Source: Bdellovibrionales bacterium
GTDB taxonomy: Bacteria; Bdellovibrionota; Bdellovibrionia; Bdellovibrionales; UBA1609
NCBI GenBank assembly: GCA_027317865.1
Contig: DAHVQG010000011.1
Location: forward strand, 43,079 to 107,078
Reading direction: 5' to 3'
DNA length: 64,000 nucleotides
The notes under the pieces were generated by a model, which worked only from the letters and a program-made list of their open reading frames with translations, did no database searches and was not told the DNA's origin. Made by a program: the position numbers and the translations under genes. This document shows, piece after piece, positions 20,717 to 30,305 of the stretch. Position 1 is the stretch's first letter. Each line of letters starts with the position of its first letter.

Positions 20717-21805
20717 TTATAAAACCGCCTCAACAAATTCGGTTACAGAGAATGGACGCAAGTCTTCGACGGCTTCGCCGATCCCAACATGAGTGACCGG
20801 CACGCCCAGTTCGCCCGCAATGCCGATTACAATACCGCCTTTAGCGCTGCCATCCATCTTGGTTACGATAACCCCGGTTAATTCAAGTGCCGAGTTGAAT
20901 TCACGAGCTTGCATCAACGCATTTTGCCCTGCATTTGCGTCTATAACCAAAATTCGTTCATGTGGAGCTTCGGGCAAAACCTTCGTCATCACTCGTTTCA
21001 TTTTTTTGAGTTCTTCCATCAAATGTTCTTGCGTATGAAGTCGCCCGGCCGTGTCGACAAGAATCAAATCTGCGCCCATCGCTTTGCCGCGTTCAAGTCC
21101 GGAGTACGCCACGGCACTCGGATCTTTAACGTTATCGGGGCTGTGAATTTCAGCACCGGCGCGGTCGGCCCATGCCTTGAGTTGACTGTCGGCAGCTGCT
21201 CGAAACGTATCACCGGCAACAATCAGCGTTTTTAGACCTTGTGCGCGCGCAATGGCCGCGAGTTTTCCAATTGTTGTCGTTTTACCGGCGCCATTAACTC
21301 CCACAATCATCCAAACTATTGGCTTATGTTGATTGAGCCCGGCAAACAAATCGTGTTGACCGGCCGAGTTCAAAATCGTTTCAATTTTGACTTTTAAAGC
21401 TCCACGCACAGTTTCAAGATCGGCGCGCTCCGACCGATTTAAACTATCTAAAACTTGTTCAAGTAAACTCTCTGCTGTTTTGGGCCCCATGTCGCTTAAA
21501 TAAAGAGCTTCTTCGATTTGGTCTTTGACCTCACCTTTTAGCTCACTATTTAAAAGGCCGCCGCTTGCGGCGTGAGCAATTCGCCCCCAAAAACTGGAAC
21601 GTGTTTGCGCGAGCGCCGAGGCGAGCGAAGTTTTGCCTTTAGACTCACCTTCGATCTGGTACTCAATCGGCTTCTCTGTCAGAAGCTCTTGATCGTCTTT
21701 GTCGGTTTTAAAATAGTACCGGGCAAAATAATAAATTGTGGAAGTCACGACCGCAATAACAACAAACGCGACGGCCATAACGATTATAATAAATGATGAA
21801 CCCAT
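20717..21805 (-). CDS. ftsY: Signal recognition particle receptor
   Basis: GVNGAGKTTT, DTFRAAA, DTAGR, TKMDGSAKGG. Confidence 0.97.
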   Translation of the reverse strand: MGSSFIIIVMAVAFVVIAVVTSTIYYFARYYFKTDKDDQELLTEKPIEYQIEGESKGKTSLASALAQTRSSFWGRIAHAASGGLLNSELKGEVKDQIEEALYLSDMGPKTAESLLEQVLDSLNRSERADLETVRGALKVKIETILNSAGQHDLFAGLNQHKPIVWMIVGVNGAGKTTTIGKLAAIARAQGLKTLIVAGDTFRAAADSQLKAWADRAGAEIHSPDNVKDPSAVAYSGLERGKAMGADLILVDTAGRLHTQEHLMEELKKMKRVMTKVLPEAPHERILVIDANAGQNALMQAREFNSALELTGVIVTKMDGSAKGGIVIGIAGELGVPVTHVGIGEAVEDLRPFSVTEFVEAVL

Positions 21806-21814
21806 TTTTAAACT

Positions 21815-24800
21815 CTAGGTCTGCGCCATTTTCTCGGCATCCGCTAAACTGACAGATACCATTTTCGACACTCCTTTTTCTTGCATCGTCACACCGTAAA
21901 GCTTGTTGTTTACCCGCATTGTGTGCTTATTGTGAGTAACAACAATAATTTGGGAGCGTTTTGCCATCTCTTTAACTAAATCGTTAAAGCGAAAAACATT
22001 CGCGTCGTCCAATGGAGCATCGACCTCGTCAAGCAAACAAAACGGCGACGGACGTACGAGAAAAATCGAAAAAATGAGAGAAACCGCCGTGAGCGCCTTT
22101 TCACCGCCGGACAAAAGCGAAACGTTTTGCGCTTTTTTGCCAGGGGGTCGCGCGACAATGTCGATACCCGGTTCATCCGATTCGAGGTCTTCAACCATTG
22201 TCAGTTGCGCTTCACCGCCGCCAAACAAAACGGGGAAGACCTTCTGAAAGCGTTCGTTCACTTGCTCAAACGTATCTTTGAAGCGGCGCGAACAAATTCG
22301 GTTTATGCGTTCAATCACCTTGCGCAAATTATCTTTCGCTTCGAGCAGATCGGCGTGCTGCTTCGACAAAAATTCGTAGCGCTCTTTAACCTCATCGTAT
22401 TCTTGTATCGCCGACAGGTTCACTTCGCCGATGCGCTTGACTTTATCGCGAAGGTCTTCAACGTCGCGAAGGTACTGCGCTTCTTTTTCGCCGTCCGGCT
22501 CGAAGGTGTATTGTTGCGCCACGGAGTCCAGATCGAGTTGATACCGCTCCTGAATTTGTTCAAGAAGCCGCGATTCTTGCATTCGAGATTGTTCAAGTTT
22601 CAGTTGTGTTTCGTTTATTCGAGTCTGAATCGCGCGCAGTTCGTGATGATTTTTCGACACAAGCTCTTCATTTTGGCGGACTTGCGCCGCAAGATTTTCA
22701 AATTCATCGCGTGCCTGTGCGACCGAAAGTTCAGCTTCGCTGGTTTGATGCACCAACTTTTGCAATTCGGTTTGCAACTGTTCGACCTCAACCTGACTGG
22801 AAGTGAGCGTGCTCGAATTGCGAGTCGTTTCTTCTGACATTTGCGAGATGTTTTGTTGCAAGTCCGAAAGCGCCGCTTCAAGCCGCATCAATTCGCGTTC
22901 TAAGCCCTCGACTTCTTGGCGTCTTGCCGCCGCGCTCACTTTAAGTTCAGTGACTTCGCGGCCTTTTTCTTCAACTCCCGCACGAATTTGATCCAGTTCA
23001 CTCGTCAAAGATGCGACTCGCTCTTCGCTCACCGCCATTTTCTCTTTCAACGTCGCGAGCTCGGCCGTAACCGCGTCTTGCGCTTTTTGAATCGAGTCCT
23101 TTTCGGATTCGATTTTTTGCAGTTCGCGAGTTTCACGTTCCCACGCGTTTTGCGCGCTGTTTAGCTCAAGCTCCGCACGCTCGAGATCTTTTTTGAGTTC
23201 CGCAATTCGTATTTCTTTCTCAACCGCCGTCTTCTTTGCCGCTTCAAATGATTCTTCAAGACCGCCGGCCTGCTCCTCAAGTTTTTTAAGACTGAGTTGC
23301 GCGAGTTGCAGTTTGCCGCTCAGTTCTTCGCGCTTCAACGAGAGTTCTTTGATCTCCCGACGCCGTTTCAAAACTCCTGAATCGGCACTCTCGGAGGCAC
23401 CACCGGTCAAAACTCCATCAGGCGATAAAATATCGCCATCCATTGTCACAAATGACCGCCCCGGATAAATCGAGCGAAGCCGTAGCGCCGTTCGAATCGA
23501 ATCAACAATCACGACATCATCGAAAAAATGAGCCACTTGGGAGCGGTATACTTCAGGAACCGAAACCACTTCGTGTAACAGCGCCTGAACGCCCGGCTCG
23601 GATTTAAGCTGCACTTCGTGAACGGTCGGCGTAGAAGCCTGTTCAACAACTGCACCTTGAACCGACAAAAAACTGGATCGGCCACGCTTCTGCGTTTTCA
23701 AATAGTCAACTGCACCCATCGATTGATCGTCCGATTGCGCAAGAAGAAGTTGCAAGTGAGTGCCAAGCGACGCCTCCATAGCTAATTCGTATTGCGCCGG
23801 AACTTCAACAACGTCGGCTAGTGGTCGGAAATCGGCCGCATTACCTTCGTCATGGTGCGCACGTTGCCACATCAGTACACTGCGCACGCCATCTTCGAAG
23901 CCTTCGAAATTCGACTGCAAATTTTCAAGTCCGTAAAGGCGGCTCGCGACCTGGTTTAACTCATCTTTGAGAAGGTCATTTTCAGCTCGCCGAGATTCTT
24001 TTTGGCGTCGCACTTCTTGTAAATTCGCACTGATTAAATCGAGATCACGCGTGTGATCGAGCTGTAACTGACGTTCTGACTCAAGAGTTTTATATACGCG
24101 GTTACGCCGCTCGGTAAATTCTGTTTTTTTCGCAAGAAACTCGGCAACCGACGTTTGAACCTGTGTTAATTTTTGCGATTCTTCTTCAAACCGCGAATTC
24201 AATACACCTTCGCGTGCTTCAAGATGAGTGAGCGACGCTTGAATTGCCAGCATTTCTCGCCGCGCTTCGGTGAGCTCACGGTCTGCGCTTTGAATTCGCG
24301 CCACGATCTGGGAGTAGGCTGCATCTTTGGTCTGCCAATCCGAATCAAGACGAACGAGATCTTCTCGCGCCTCTGTCAAACGCCCACTTAATTCGGTACG
24401 CTCATTTTCTAAATTTTCTTTTCGCAGTGAATACTGCGCAAGCATCGACCCGGTCATTTCGTTCGAGCGTCGGGCCTGCTCGATTGCAAGATTTAATTCA
24501 CGAATGCGAAATTCCGTTTCTTGAGTTTTTTGAAGTTGTTCGCGATGCTCCGTCTGGCGAGTCTGAACATTTGCTTCTTTTTCTGCCAATTCGAGCCGGC
24601 CCGCTGAAAGATTGGCCTCGAGTTCCGACACTTGCGCCAGAGCGGCCGTTTCGGCTTGTTGTGCTTCGCTATGGGCCGATTCGGCACTCGCCGAATCTTG
24701 GCGCAGTTTTTGAAACTGATGAGACGCAAGCCACAGATCTTTTTCTTGCAGCTCTTGTTTGAGTTTGCGGTATCGCTCCGCACGCTGAGCTTGCCGCTCG

Positions 24801-25423
24801 AGGCTTTCGATCTGCCGCTTTTGTTCGCCGATTATATCTTGCAACCGAATGAGATTTTGGTCGGTTGTTTCGAGTTTACGCTGCGATTCGCGTTTGCGTA
24901 CCTTGAATTTAGTTATCCCAGCCGCTTCTTCAATCAGCATCCGGCGATCTTCCGGTTTTGCCGTGATAATTTTGCCAATCGCGCCTTGTTCGATGATCGA
25001 AAAACCTTTTGCTCCCGCGCCTGTATCCATGAAAATTTCTTGAATATCGCGCAGACGCGCCGGTTCTTTATTGATCAAATATTCGGATTCGCCGTTGCGG
25101 TGAAGCCGTCGAGTCACTTGCACTTCTGTAAAACGGGCATATTGCACTGGAAAAGGCCCGCCATCATTTTCGAGTGTCAATGACACTTCGGCCATGCCCA
25201 TAGGGGCATACCCTTCGGCACCGGCAAAAATGACGTCTTCCATCGACGATCCACGCATGTGCTTCGCCGACATTTCGCCCATTACCCACACGAGAGCATC
25301 GACAATGTTGGATTTGCCGCAACCGTTAGGCCCGACAACTCCAGTAATGCCTTCATCAAATTGTATAACAGTTCGATCTTTAAACGATTTAAACCCGAAG
25401 AGTTCCAGTTTTTTGATTCGCAA
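21815..25423 (-). CDS. smc: Chromosome segregation protein SMC
   Basis: GPNGCGKSN, coiled coils with hinge, LSGGEK, LDEVDAPLD. Confidence 0.97.
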   Translation of the reverse strand: MRIKKLELFGFKSFKDRTVIQFDEGITGVVGPNGCGKSNIVDALVWVMGEMSAKHMRGSSMEDVIFAGAEGYAPMGMAEVSLTLENDGGPFPVQYARFTEVQVTRRLHRNGESEYLINKEPARLRDIQEIFMDTGAGAKGFSIIEQGAIGKIITAKPEDRRMLIEEAAGITKFKVRKRESQRKLETTDQNLIRLQDIIGEQKRQIESLERQAQRAERYRKLKQELQEKDLWLASHQFQKLRQDSASAESAHSEAQQAETAALAQVSELEANLSAGRLELAEKEANVQTRQTEHREQLQKTQETEFRIRELNLAIEQARRSNEMTGSMLAQYSLRKENLENERTELSGRLTEAREDLVRLDSDWQTKDAAYSQIVARIQSADRELTEARREMLAIQASLTHLEAREGVLNSRFEEESQKLTQVQTSVAEFLAKKTEFTERRNRVYKTLESERQLQLDHTRDLDLISANLQEVRRQKESRRAENDLLKDELNQVASRLYGLENLQSNFEGFEDGVRSVLMWQRAHHDEGNAADFRPLADVVEVPAQYELAMEASLGTHLQLLLAQSDDQSMGAVDYLKTQKRGRSSFLSVQGAVVEQASTPTVHEVQLKSEPGVQALLHEVVSVPEVYRSQVAHFFDDVVIVDSIRTALRLRSIYPGRSFVTMDGDILSPDGVLTGGASESADSGVLKRRREIKELSLKREELSGKLQLAQLSLKKLEEQAGGLEESFEAAKKTAVEKEIRIAELKKDLERAELELNSAQNAWERETRELQKIESEKDSIQKAQDAVTAELATLKEKMAVSEERVASLTSELDQIRAGVEEKGREVTELKVSAAARRQEVEGLERELMRLEAALSDLQQNISQMSEETTRNSSTLTSSQVEVEQLQTELQKLVHQTSEAELSVAQARDEFENLAAQVRQNEELVSKNHHELRAIQTRINETQLKLEQSRMQESRLLEQIQERYQLDLDSVAQQYTFEPDGEKEAQYLRDVEDLRDKVKRIGEVNLSAIQEYDEVKERYEFLSKQHADLLEAKDNLRKVIERINRICSRRFKDTFEQVNERFQKVFPVLFGGGEAQLTMVEDLESDEPGIDIVARPPGKKAQNVSLLSGGEKALTAVSLIFSIFLVRPSPFCLLDEVDAPLDDANVFRFNDLVKEMAKRSQIIVVTHNKHTMRVNNKLYGVTMQEKGVSKMVSVSLADAEKMAQT

Positions 25424-28064
25424 CTTCTGTCTCCCGCCGTAAGGTCGCTTGTGCCGCTGCCAACCGTGCTATAGGAACACGATAGGGCGAACAGCTCACA
25501 TAATGCAACCCCACTTCATGAAAAAATTCAATCGAATTTGGGTCCCCGCCATGCTCGCCACAAATGCCAAGCTTGATATTAGGTCGCGTCTTTTGCCCTA
25601 ATTCAACTGCTTTTTTCACAAGTGCCCCAACACCGTCGCGGTCAATGGTTTGGAACGGATCATGGGATAAAATTCCATCGGCGACATAGGTGCTTAAAAA
25701 CCGGGCAGAATCATCGCGTGAAAGCCCCAAAGTGGTTTGAGTCAGGTCATTGGTGCCAAAGCTGAAAAATTCGGCATCTTCAGCAATTTGATCAGCGGTC
25801 AAAGCGGCCCGCGGGAGCTCAATCATCGTGCCTATCGGTATATTGAGCTGTATGCCGGTCTCTTGTTGCACGCGTTCGAGTTCCACCTCAACTAAACGCT
25901 TCAGCCGCCGCAATTCCTCTTTCATGCCGACCAGGGGGATCATAATTTCAGGTTTCGGCTGTTGCTTTTCTTTGAGGAGTAATATTGTCGCTTCGGCCAC
26001 GGCTCGCGCCTGCATCTGATATATTTCAGGATAGGTTATCGCAAGGCGACAGCCTCTGTGACCGAGCATCGGGTTAAATTCATGTAGATTACGAATTTTC
26101 GCGCGCAGTGAGTTTTCATCCCATTTCAGCCGCTGAGCCAAATCCACAATATCTTTGTCGGTTTGCGGTAAAAACTCGTGTAGAGGAGGGTCTAAAAACC
26201 GGATCGTCACGGTAAGCCCGTCCATCGCCCGCAAAATTCCCGCAAAGTCGCTTCTCTGCATCGGGAGCAAACGATCGAGCGCGCGAATACGGGCATCGCG
26301 CTCATCAGCCATGATCATCTCGCGGACCACGTCAATTCGATCGGCATTGAAAAACATGTGCTCGGTTCGGCATAGGCCAACCCCTTCGGCGCCAAACCGA
26401 CGAGCCACTTCCGCATCGTGAGGAGTGTCGGCGTTCGTGCGAACGCCAAGACGCCGAAACTTGTCGGCAAGTTTCATCATGTACGTGAACTGATCGTCGA
26501 GCATCGGCTCAACCGTTTTGACTTCGCCCAAAAACACTTCACCTGTTGAACCATCAAGAGTAATAAAATCGCCTTCTTTAAGGACATAATCATTCACTCG
26601 CACGGTTTTCGAGCGATAATCGACGTCCATTTCTCCTGCCCCGGCGACACAACACTTACCCATTCCGCGAGCGACAACCGCCGCATGAGATGTCATGCCC
26701 CCTCGAGTGGTCAAAACGCCTTGCGCTTTCACCATCCCTTCAATGTCTTCGGGAGAAGTTTCAACCCGCACCAAAACTACTCTTTTGCCGTTTTCAGCCC
26801 ATTCCACGGCCGCCTCGGATGAAAATACGATTTGCCCCACTGCGGCCCCAGGGCTCGCCGGCAATCCCTTAGTAAGCTTTGTCTTCACGGCTTTCGGATC
26901 AAGCGTCGGATGTAAAAGTTGATCAAGCCCCTTTGGCTCCACGCGCATGACCGCTTCTTTTTCACTAATTAAATTTTCTTTCACCATGTCGCGCGCCATG
27001 CGAAGCGCCGCTTGTGCCGTGCGTTTACCAGTGCGTGTTTGCAACATGTAGAGTTGCCCGCGCTCGATGGTGAATTCGATATCTTGCATATCACGGTAGT
27101 GTTTTTCGAGTTTTTGGTAGACATCGACCAGTTGTGCGTACGCCTTTGGCATGATCTCTTTGAGTTTATCAATCGTTTCGGGAGTGCGAATTCCGGCCAC
27201 CACGTCTTCGCCTTGCGCATTCACCATAAATTCGCCAAAAAACTTCGCCTCACCGGTTGACGGGTTACGCGTAAACGCAACTCCCGTAGCCGAGTCGTCG
27301 CCCATGTTGCCGAAAACCATCGACTGGACATTAACGGCAGTCCCCCACGAATTCGGATACCCGTGTAATTCGCGATACGTGATGGCGCGAGGAGTGTTCC
27401 AACTTTTAAATACCGCCGCAATCGCGCCAAGCAATTGCTCCTTTGGGTCCATCGGGAAGGCCCGCCCCGTATGCTCCGCAATTTGCTTTTTATATTTTTG
27501 AATCAGCGACTTCAGATCGTCGACTGTCAGCTCGGTGTCAGTTTTATAGTTTTTTTCGTGTTTTAAATCTTCAAGTATCACTTCAAGAAAAGTGCCATTC
27601 ATCCCCATAACAACATTAGAATACATCTGCAAAAATCGCCGATATGCATCGTAAGCAAAACGCGGGTTGTTGGCCGCTTTCGCTAGCGATTCAACCGTTT
27701 GATCATTCAGGCCGAGATTGAGAATTGTATCCATCATGCCCGGCATCGAAACTCGTGCGCCCGAACGAACGCTCACGAGGAGCGGATTGGCGGGAGCATG
27801 TTCAGCGGTCGCGAATTGTTTTCCGGTTAGCTTTTCAACCTTTTTCATTGCCGCTTCGACATCTGCGATCAATTCAGCGGGCAACTTTTCGCCGTTTTCG
27901 TAAAAGGCCTGGCAAATTTCAGTGGATATCGTAAAACCGGGAGGCACTGGCAAGCCAAGCGACGTCATTTCGGCAAGGCCGGCGCCTTTACCACCGAGCA
28001 CGTCTTTCATTTTGCCATTGCCGTCTGTTTGCGTAGACGAGAAAAAATAGATGAACTTTTTCAT
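25389..28064 (-). CDS. ppdK: Pyruvate, phosphate dikinase
   Basis: GGKGAGL, LVSVRSGA, GGMTSHAAVVARG, CRTEHM, SFGTNDL, ICGEHGG; start trimmed to MKKF. Confidence 0.97.
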   Translation of the reverse strand: MKKFIYFFSSTQTDGNGKMKDVLGGKGAGLAEMTSLGLPVPPGFTISTEICQAFYENGEKLPAELIADVEAAMKKVEKLTGKQFATAEHAPANPLLVSVRSGARVSMPGMMDTILNLGLNDQTVESLAKAANNPRFAYDAYRRFLQMYSNVVMGMNGTFLEVILEDLKHEKNYKTDTELTVDDLKSLIQKYKKQIAEHTGRAFPMDPKEQLLGAIAAVFKSWNTPRAITYRELHGYPNSWGTAVNVQSMVFGNMGDDSATGVAFTRNPSTGEAKFFGEFMVNAQGEDVVAGIRTPETIDKLKEIMPKAYAQLVDVYQKLEKHYRDMQDIEFTIERGQLYMLQTRTGKRTAQAALRMARDMVKENLISEKEAVMRVEPKGLDQLLHPTLDPKAVKTKLTKGLPASPGAAVGQIVFSSEAAVEWAENGKRVVLVRVETSPEDIEGMVKAQGVLTTRGGMTSHAAVVARGMGKCCVAGAGEMDVDYRSKTVRVNDYVLKEGDFITLDGSTGEVFLGEVKTVEPMLDDQFTYMMKLADKFRRLGVRTNADTPHDAEVARRFGAEGVGLCRTEHMFFNADRIDVVREMIMADERDARIRALDRLLPMQRSDFAGILRAMDGLTVTIRFLDPPLHEFLPQTDKDIVDLAQRLKWDENSLRAKIRNLHEFNPMLGHRGCRLAITYPEIYQMQARAVAEATILLLKEKQQPKPEIMIPLVGMKEELRRLKRLVEVELERVQQETGIQLNIPIGTMIELPRAALTADQIAEDAEFFSFGTNDLTQTTLGLSRDDSARFLSTYVADGILSHDPFQTIDRDGVGALVKKAVELGQKTRPNIKLGICGEHGGDPNSIEFFHEVGLHYVSCSPYRVPIARLAAAQATLRRETEVANQKTGTLRV

Positions 28065-28173
28065 GGCTTCCCTCTTCTCATGGTGCACTGAATTCGCACC
28101 GTGCCGTCGCTCCCGTTGACCCTCTGTGGCTAACATTCGTGCGAAATACAGTCAACCGCGATCTACCTTTAGT

Positions 28174-28989
28174 TTAATTCGGCTCTATCCAAAACCAGTC
28201 TATATTTAGGTTGGCGATGTCTTCGGCTTTTGAGTCCTTAACAAGCTGATTTGCCCGTTTCAAAAAATCCGTAATCTCCTCGCGCAGCTTTTCGAAATCC
28301 GACCTTGATATTGAAAATTGCCCCGAATACATCAACTCGCCATCAAGTAAAGTTTCGCTTCTGCGAATTGCATTGATCCTCCAATTAGAATAGTGCTTGA
28401 GCACGTATGGCGACCCGCGCTCGACAAATGTGCTCTGCACCCCCATCGTATATGTACCGGACCGCTCGATACAAAGCCCGGCACTGACCAAAAATCTCAC
28501 AATTTCAGCCGCCACATTTTTTTTAATTCCAAACCTTGCTACAATATCGTCAAGAGTAACTCCCTTTTCGCGAGTCGACGTAAAAAGATGAACGGCGGAG
28601 TAAATCCAACTCGAATAAAAAACGGCGCGCTCTTGATCGGTCAGTTTTTTTTCGTGCGAAATGCGCTTTGAAAGCTTCAGAGCTTCATTTTTCAACAACA
28701 CAATTTTTTTATCTAAGTGCCGACGAAGCTCAACCGTGCCCGCCCGCTCCCGTTGAATCAAAAGCGAAAAGTATTCCGTCTCAGCTTCTGAATGGGCTAG
28801 ATATTCACTCAACAACAAGGCCTGCTCGGGATTGAACTCCCGCAGACCGGACATAATTTGACTAATCAATGTCGTGTTAACCCGCAAATGTTGGGCAATC
28901 TTAGACAACTCGCCGCGACCCTTGCGTGGAAGATGCCGGATATATTGACGAAGGTAGGTGCGATAATCGTTGAATTCAAAAATCGTCAT
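28174..28989 (-). CDS. TIGR02147/DUF4423-like HTH protein (putative regulator)
   Basis: IFEFNDYR.YL N-terminus, HTH ...LISQIMSG.R, FYSSWIYSAV, central winged helix, C-terminal LNIDWF. Confidence 0.8.
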   Translation of the reverse strand: MTIFEFNDYRTYLRQYIRHLPRKGRGELSKIAQHLRVNTTLISQIMSGLREFNPEQALLLSEYLAHSEAETEYFSLLIQRERAGTVELRRHLDKKIVLLKNEALKLSKRISHEKKLTDQERAVFYSSWIYSAVHLFTSTREKGVTLDDIVARFGIKKNVAAEIVRFLVSAGLCIERSGTYTMGVQSTFVERGSPYVLKHYSNWRINAIRRSETLLDGELMYSGQFSISRSDFEKLREEITDFLKRANQLVKDSKAEDIANLNIDWFWIEPN

Positions 28990-29017
28990 GGCTGAATTGT
29001 ACTATAATCAAATATAA

Positions 29018-29035
29018 ATTTACAAATTTGTAAAT
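29018..29035. promoter_or_regulatory. Perfect 18-bp palindrome, candidate operator
   Basis: ATTTACAAATTTGTAAAT in the divergent intergenic region between the TIGR02147-like gene and the secreted protein gene. Confidence 0.5.
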
Positions 29036-29092
29036 AAATGCAGACCAAATTTATAAAAGAAATCTATCCGTGACTGCTGCGAAGCATTACAT

Positions 29093-29108
29093 TGGCCCTG
29101 TAATTGCT
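29093..29108 (+). promoter_or_regulatory. Putative sigma54 -24/-12 promoter
   Basis: TGGCCC-TGTAA-TTGCT, followed by AAGGAG SD and ATG 29134. Confidence 0.6.
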
Positions 29109-29133
29109 AACTCACTAACAAAGGAGAAGAAAA

Positions 29134-30120
29134 ATGAGCCCCCAATCACTAGCCCGAGTTTTCGGGACGGGAATTGTCACATTGCTTGTCGCCAGTACAG
29201 TTGCTTTTGCCGGTGGCGCCAACGGTGGCGGCGGCAACCCGACGCCGGTATCAATCGCTAACTCGTGTGACGTATATAATGCCATCAGCGACGCCAAAAT
29301 GGCGCTGCCAAAACTTGTGCTGACCTATTTAAATGATGCACAAGCGAATCCAAATGGCGGAAATTATGACCAAGTCGGGGCGACCCAGCTTTTCATAAAG
29401 AACCTAGCCAATACGAAGAACCGCCTGAATTCGATTCACTGGCAAATCCGCGACAACGGTCTTTGCTACTACATCGACGCCCACGGTAAAAAAATCTATC
29501 AAGTGGGTTCCGGCAATCCCGCTACAAATACGATTTGTTTAAGCGCAGCCGGACTGCTTAAAGACAGGATTCCTGTTCACATTATTCAAGGCAAGGTGCT
29601 AGCACTCGCGTTTCGAGAATTTTCTCATCTGTTAGGCTCAAACGAAGATCAAGCCGCCCAGTTTCAACAAATAGCTGAAGGGTACCTCAACACCTACTCT
29701 TATAATGCGTTAGGTGTTTATGCACACGACTATTTCAGCGTGTTGAATCGCTATGATCACGACACCGAAAGATCAATAAAGGTAATCAACAAAGTGCCCG
29801 TTTCAAAACTGGGCAAGGCTGAAAATTTGGTGCTCGTGAACCTGTGGAGCGACATGGTCGGAATAAATGAAGCCAGTAGCCAAGAATTCGAGGTTGGACT
29901 CGATCTCCTTTCAACAAATGCATTGCACAAGCTCTATGCCGCCGCAGACATGACAAGCGCACTATCGTCATGCTTAACCAAACCCACTCCAAAAGCCCAA
30001 TTTATCAAGCAACTCAAAGATATCTATCAAACATTGAGTGCCGTGATAAATGCACTGTATCCGCTCCCGCCAGAAACGGTTTCAAGCTCGTGTTCGCCGA
30101 ACGTTTCGAATTCGAAGTAA
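29134..30120 (+). CDS. Secreted hypothetical protein (AFA-GGANGGGG N-terminus; degenerate zincin motif REFSH)
   Basis: Strong SD, Sec signal ending AFA, ICLS...LAFREFSHLLG..E. Confidence 0.75.
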   Translation: MSPQSLARVFGTGIVTLLVASTVAFAGGANGGGGNPTPVSIANSCDVYNAISDAKMALPKLVLTYLNDAQANPNGGNYDQVGATQLFIKNLANTKNRLNSIHWQIRDNGLCYYIDAHGKKIYQVGSGNPATNTICLSAAGLLKDRIPVHIIQGKVLALAFREFSHLLGSNEDQAAQFQQIAEGYLNTYSYNALGVYAHDYFSVLNRYDHDTERSIKVINKVPVSKLGKAENLVLVNLWSDMVGINEASSQEFEVGLDLLSTNALHKLYAAADMTSALSSCLTKPTPKAQFIKQLKDIYQTLSAVINALYPLPPETVSSSCSPNVSNSK

Positions 30121-30143
30121 AATTCGATTGAACCCCGCCTAAG

Positions 30144-30179
30144 CGACCATGCTCCCGATTGTTCGAGCATGGTCGTTTT
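30144..30179 (+). terminator. Rho-independent terminator
   Basis: CGACCATGCTC-N10-GAGCATGGTCG followed by TTTT. Confidence 0.7.
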
Positions 30180-30305
30180 GCATTTTTACGCCTGTGATGC
30201 GGCAACTTGAAAAGACGGCGAAATTGAACCGGCTAACAATATCCGGACCGAAGTCTATGTGCCGACGGTAATTTGGCTCGAATAAAAAACCGAGAAGCAC
30301 CAAAT

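Noticed and set aside
22127-25183. Long antisense ORFs inside smc (236 aa, 183 aa), and similar ones in rny (209 aa) and ETF-QO (211 aa)
   Set aside because: Shadow frames of well-conserved genes with no independent motifs
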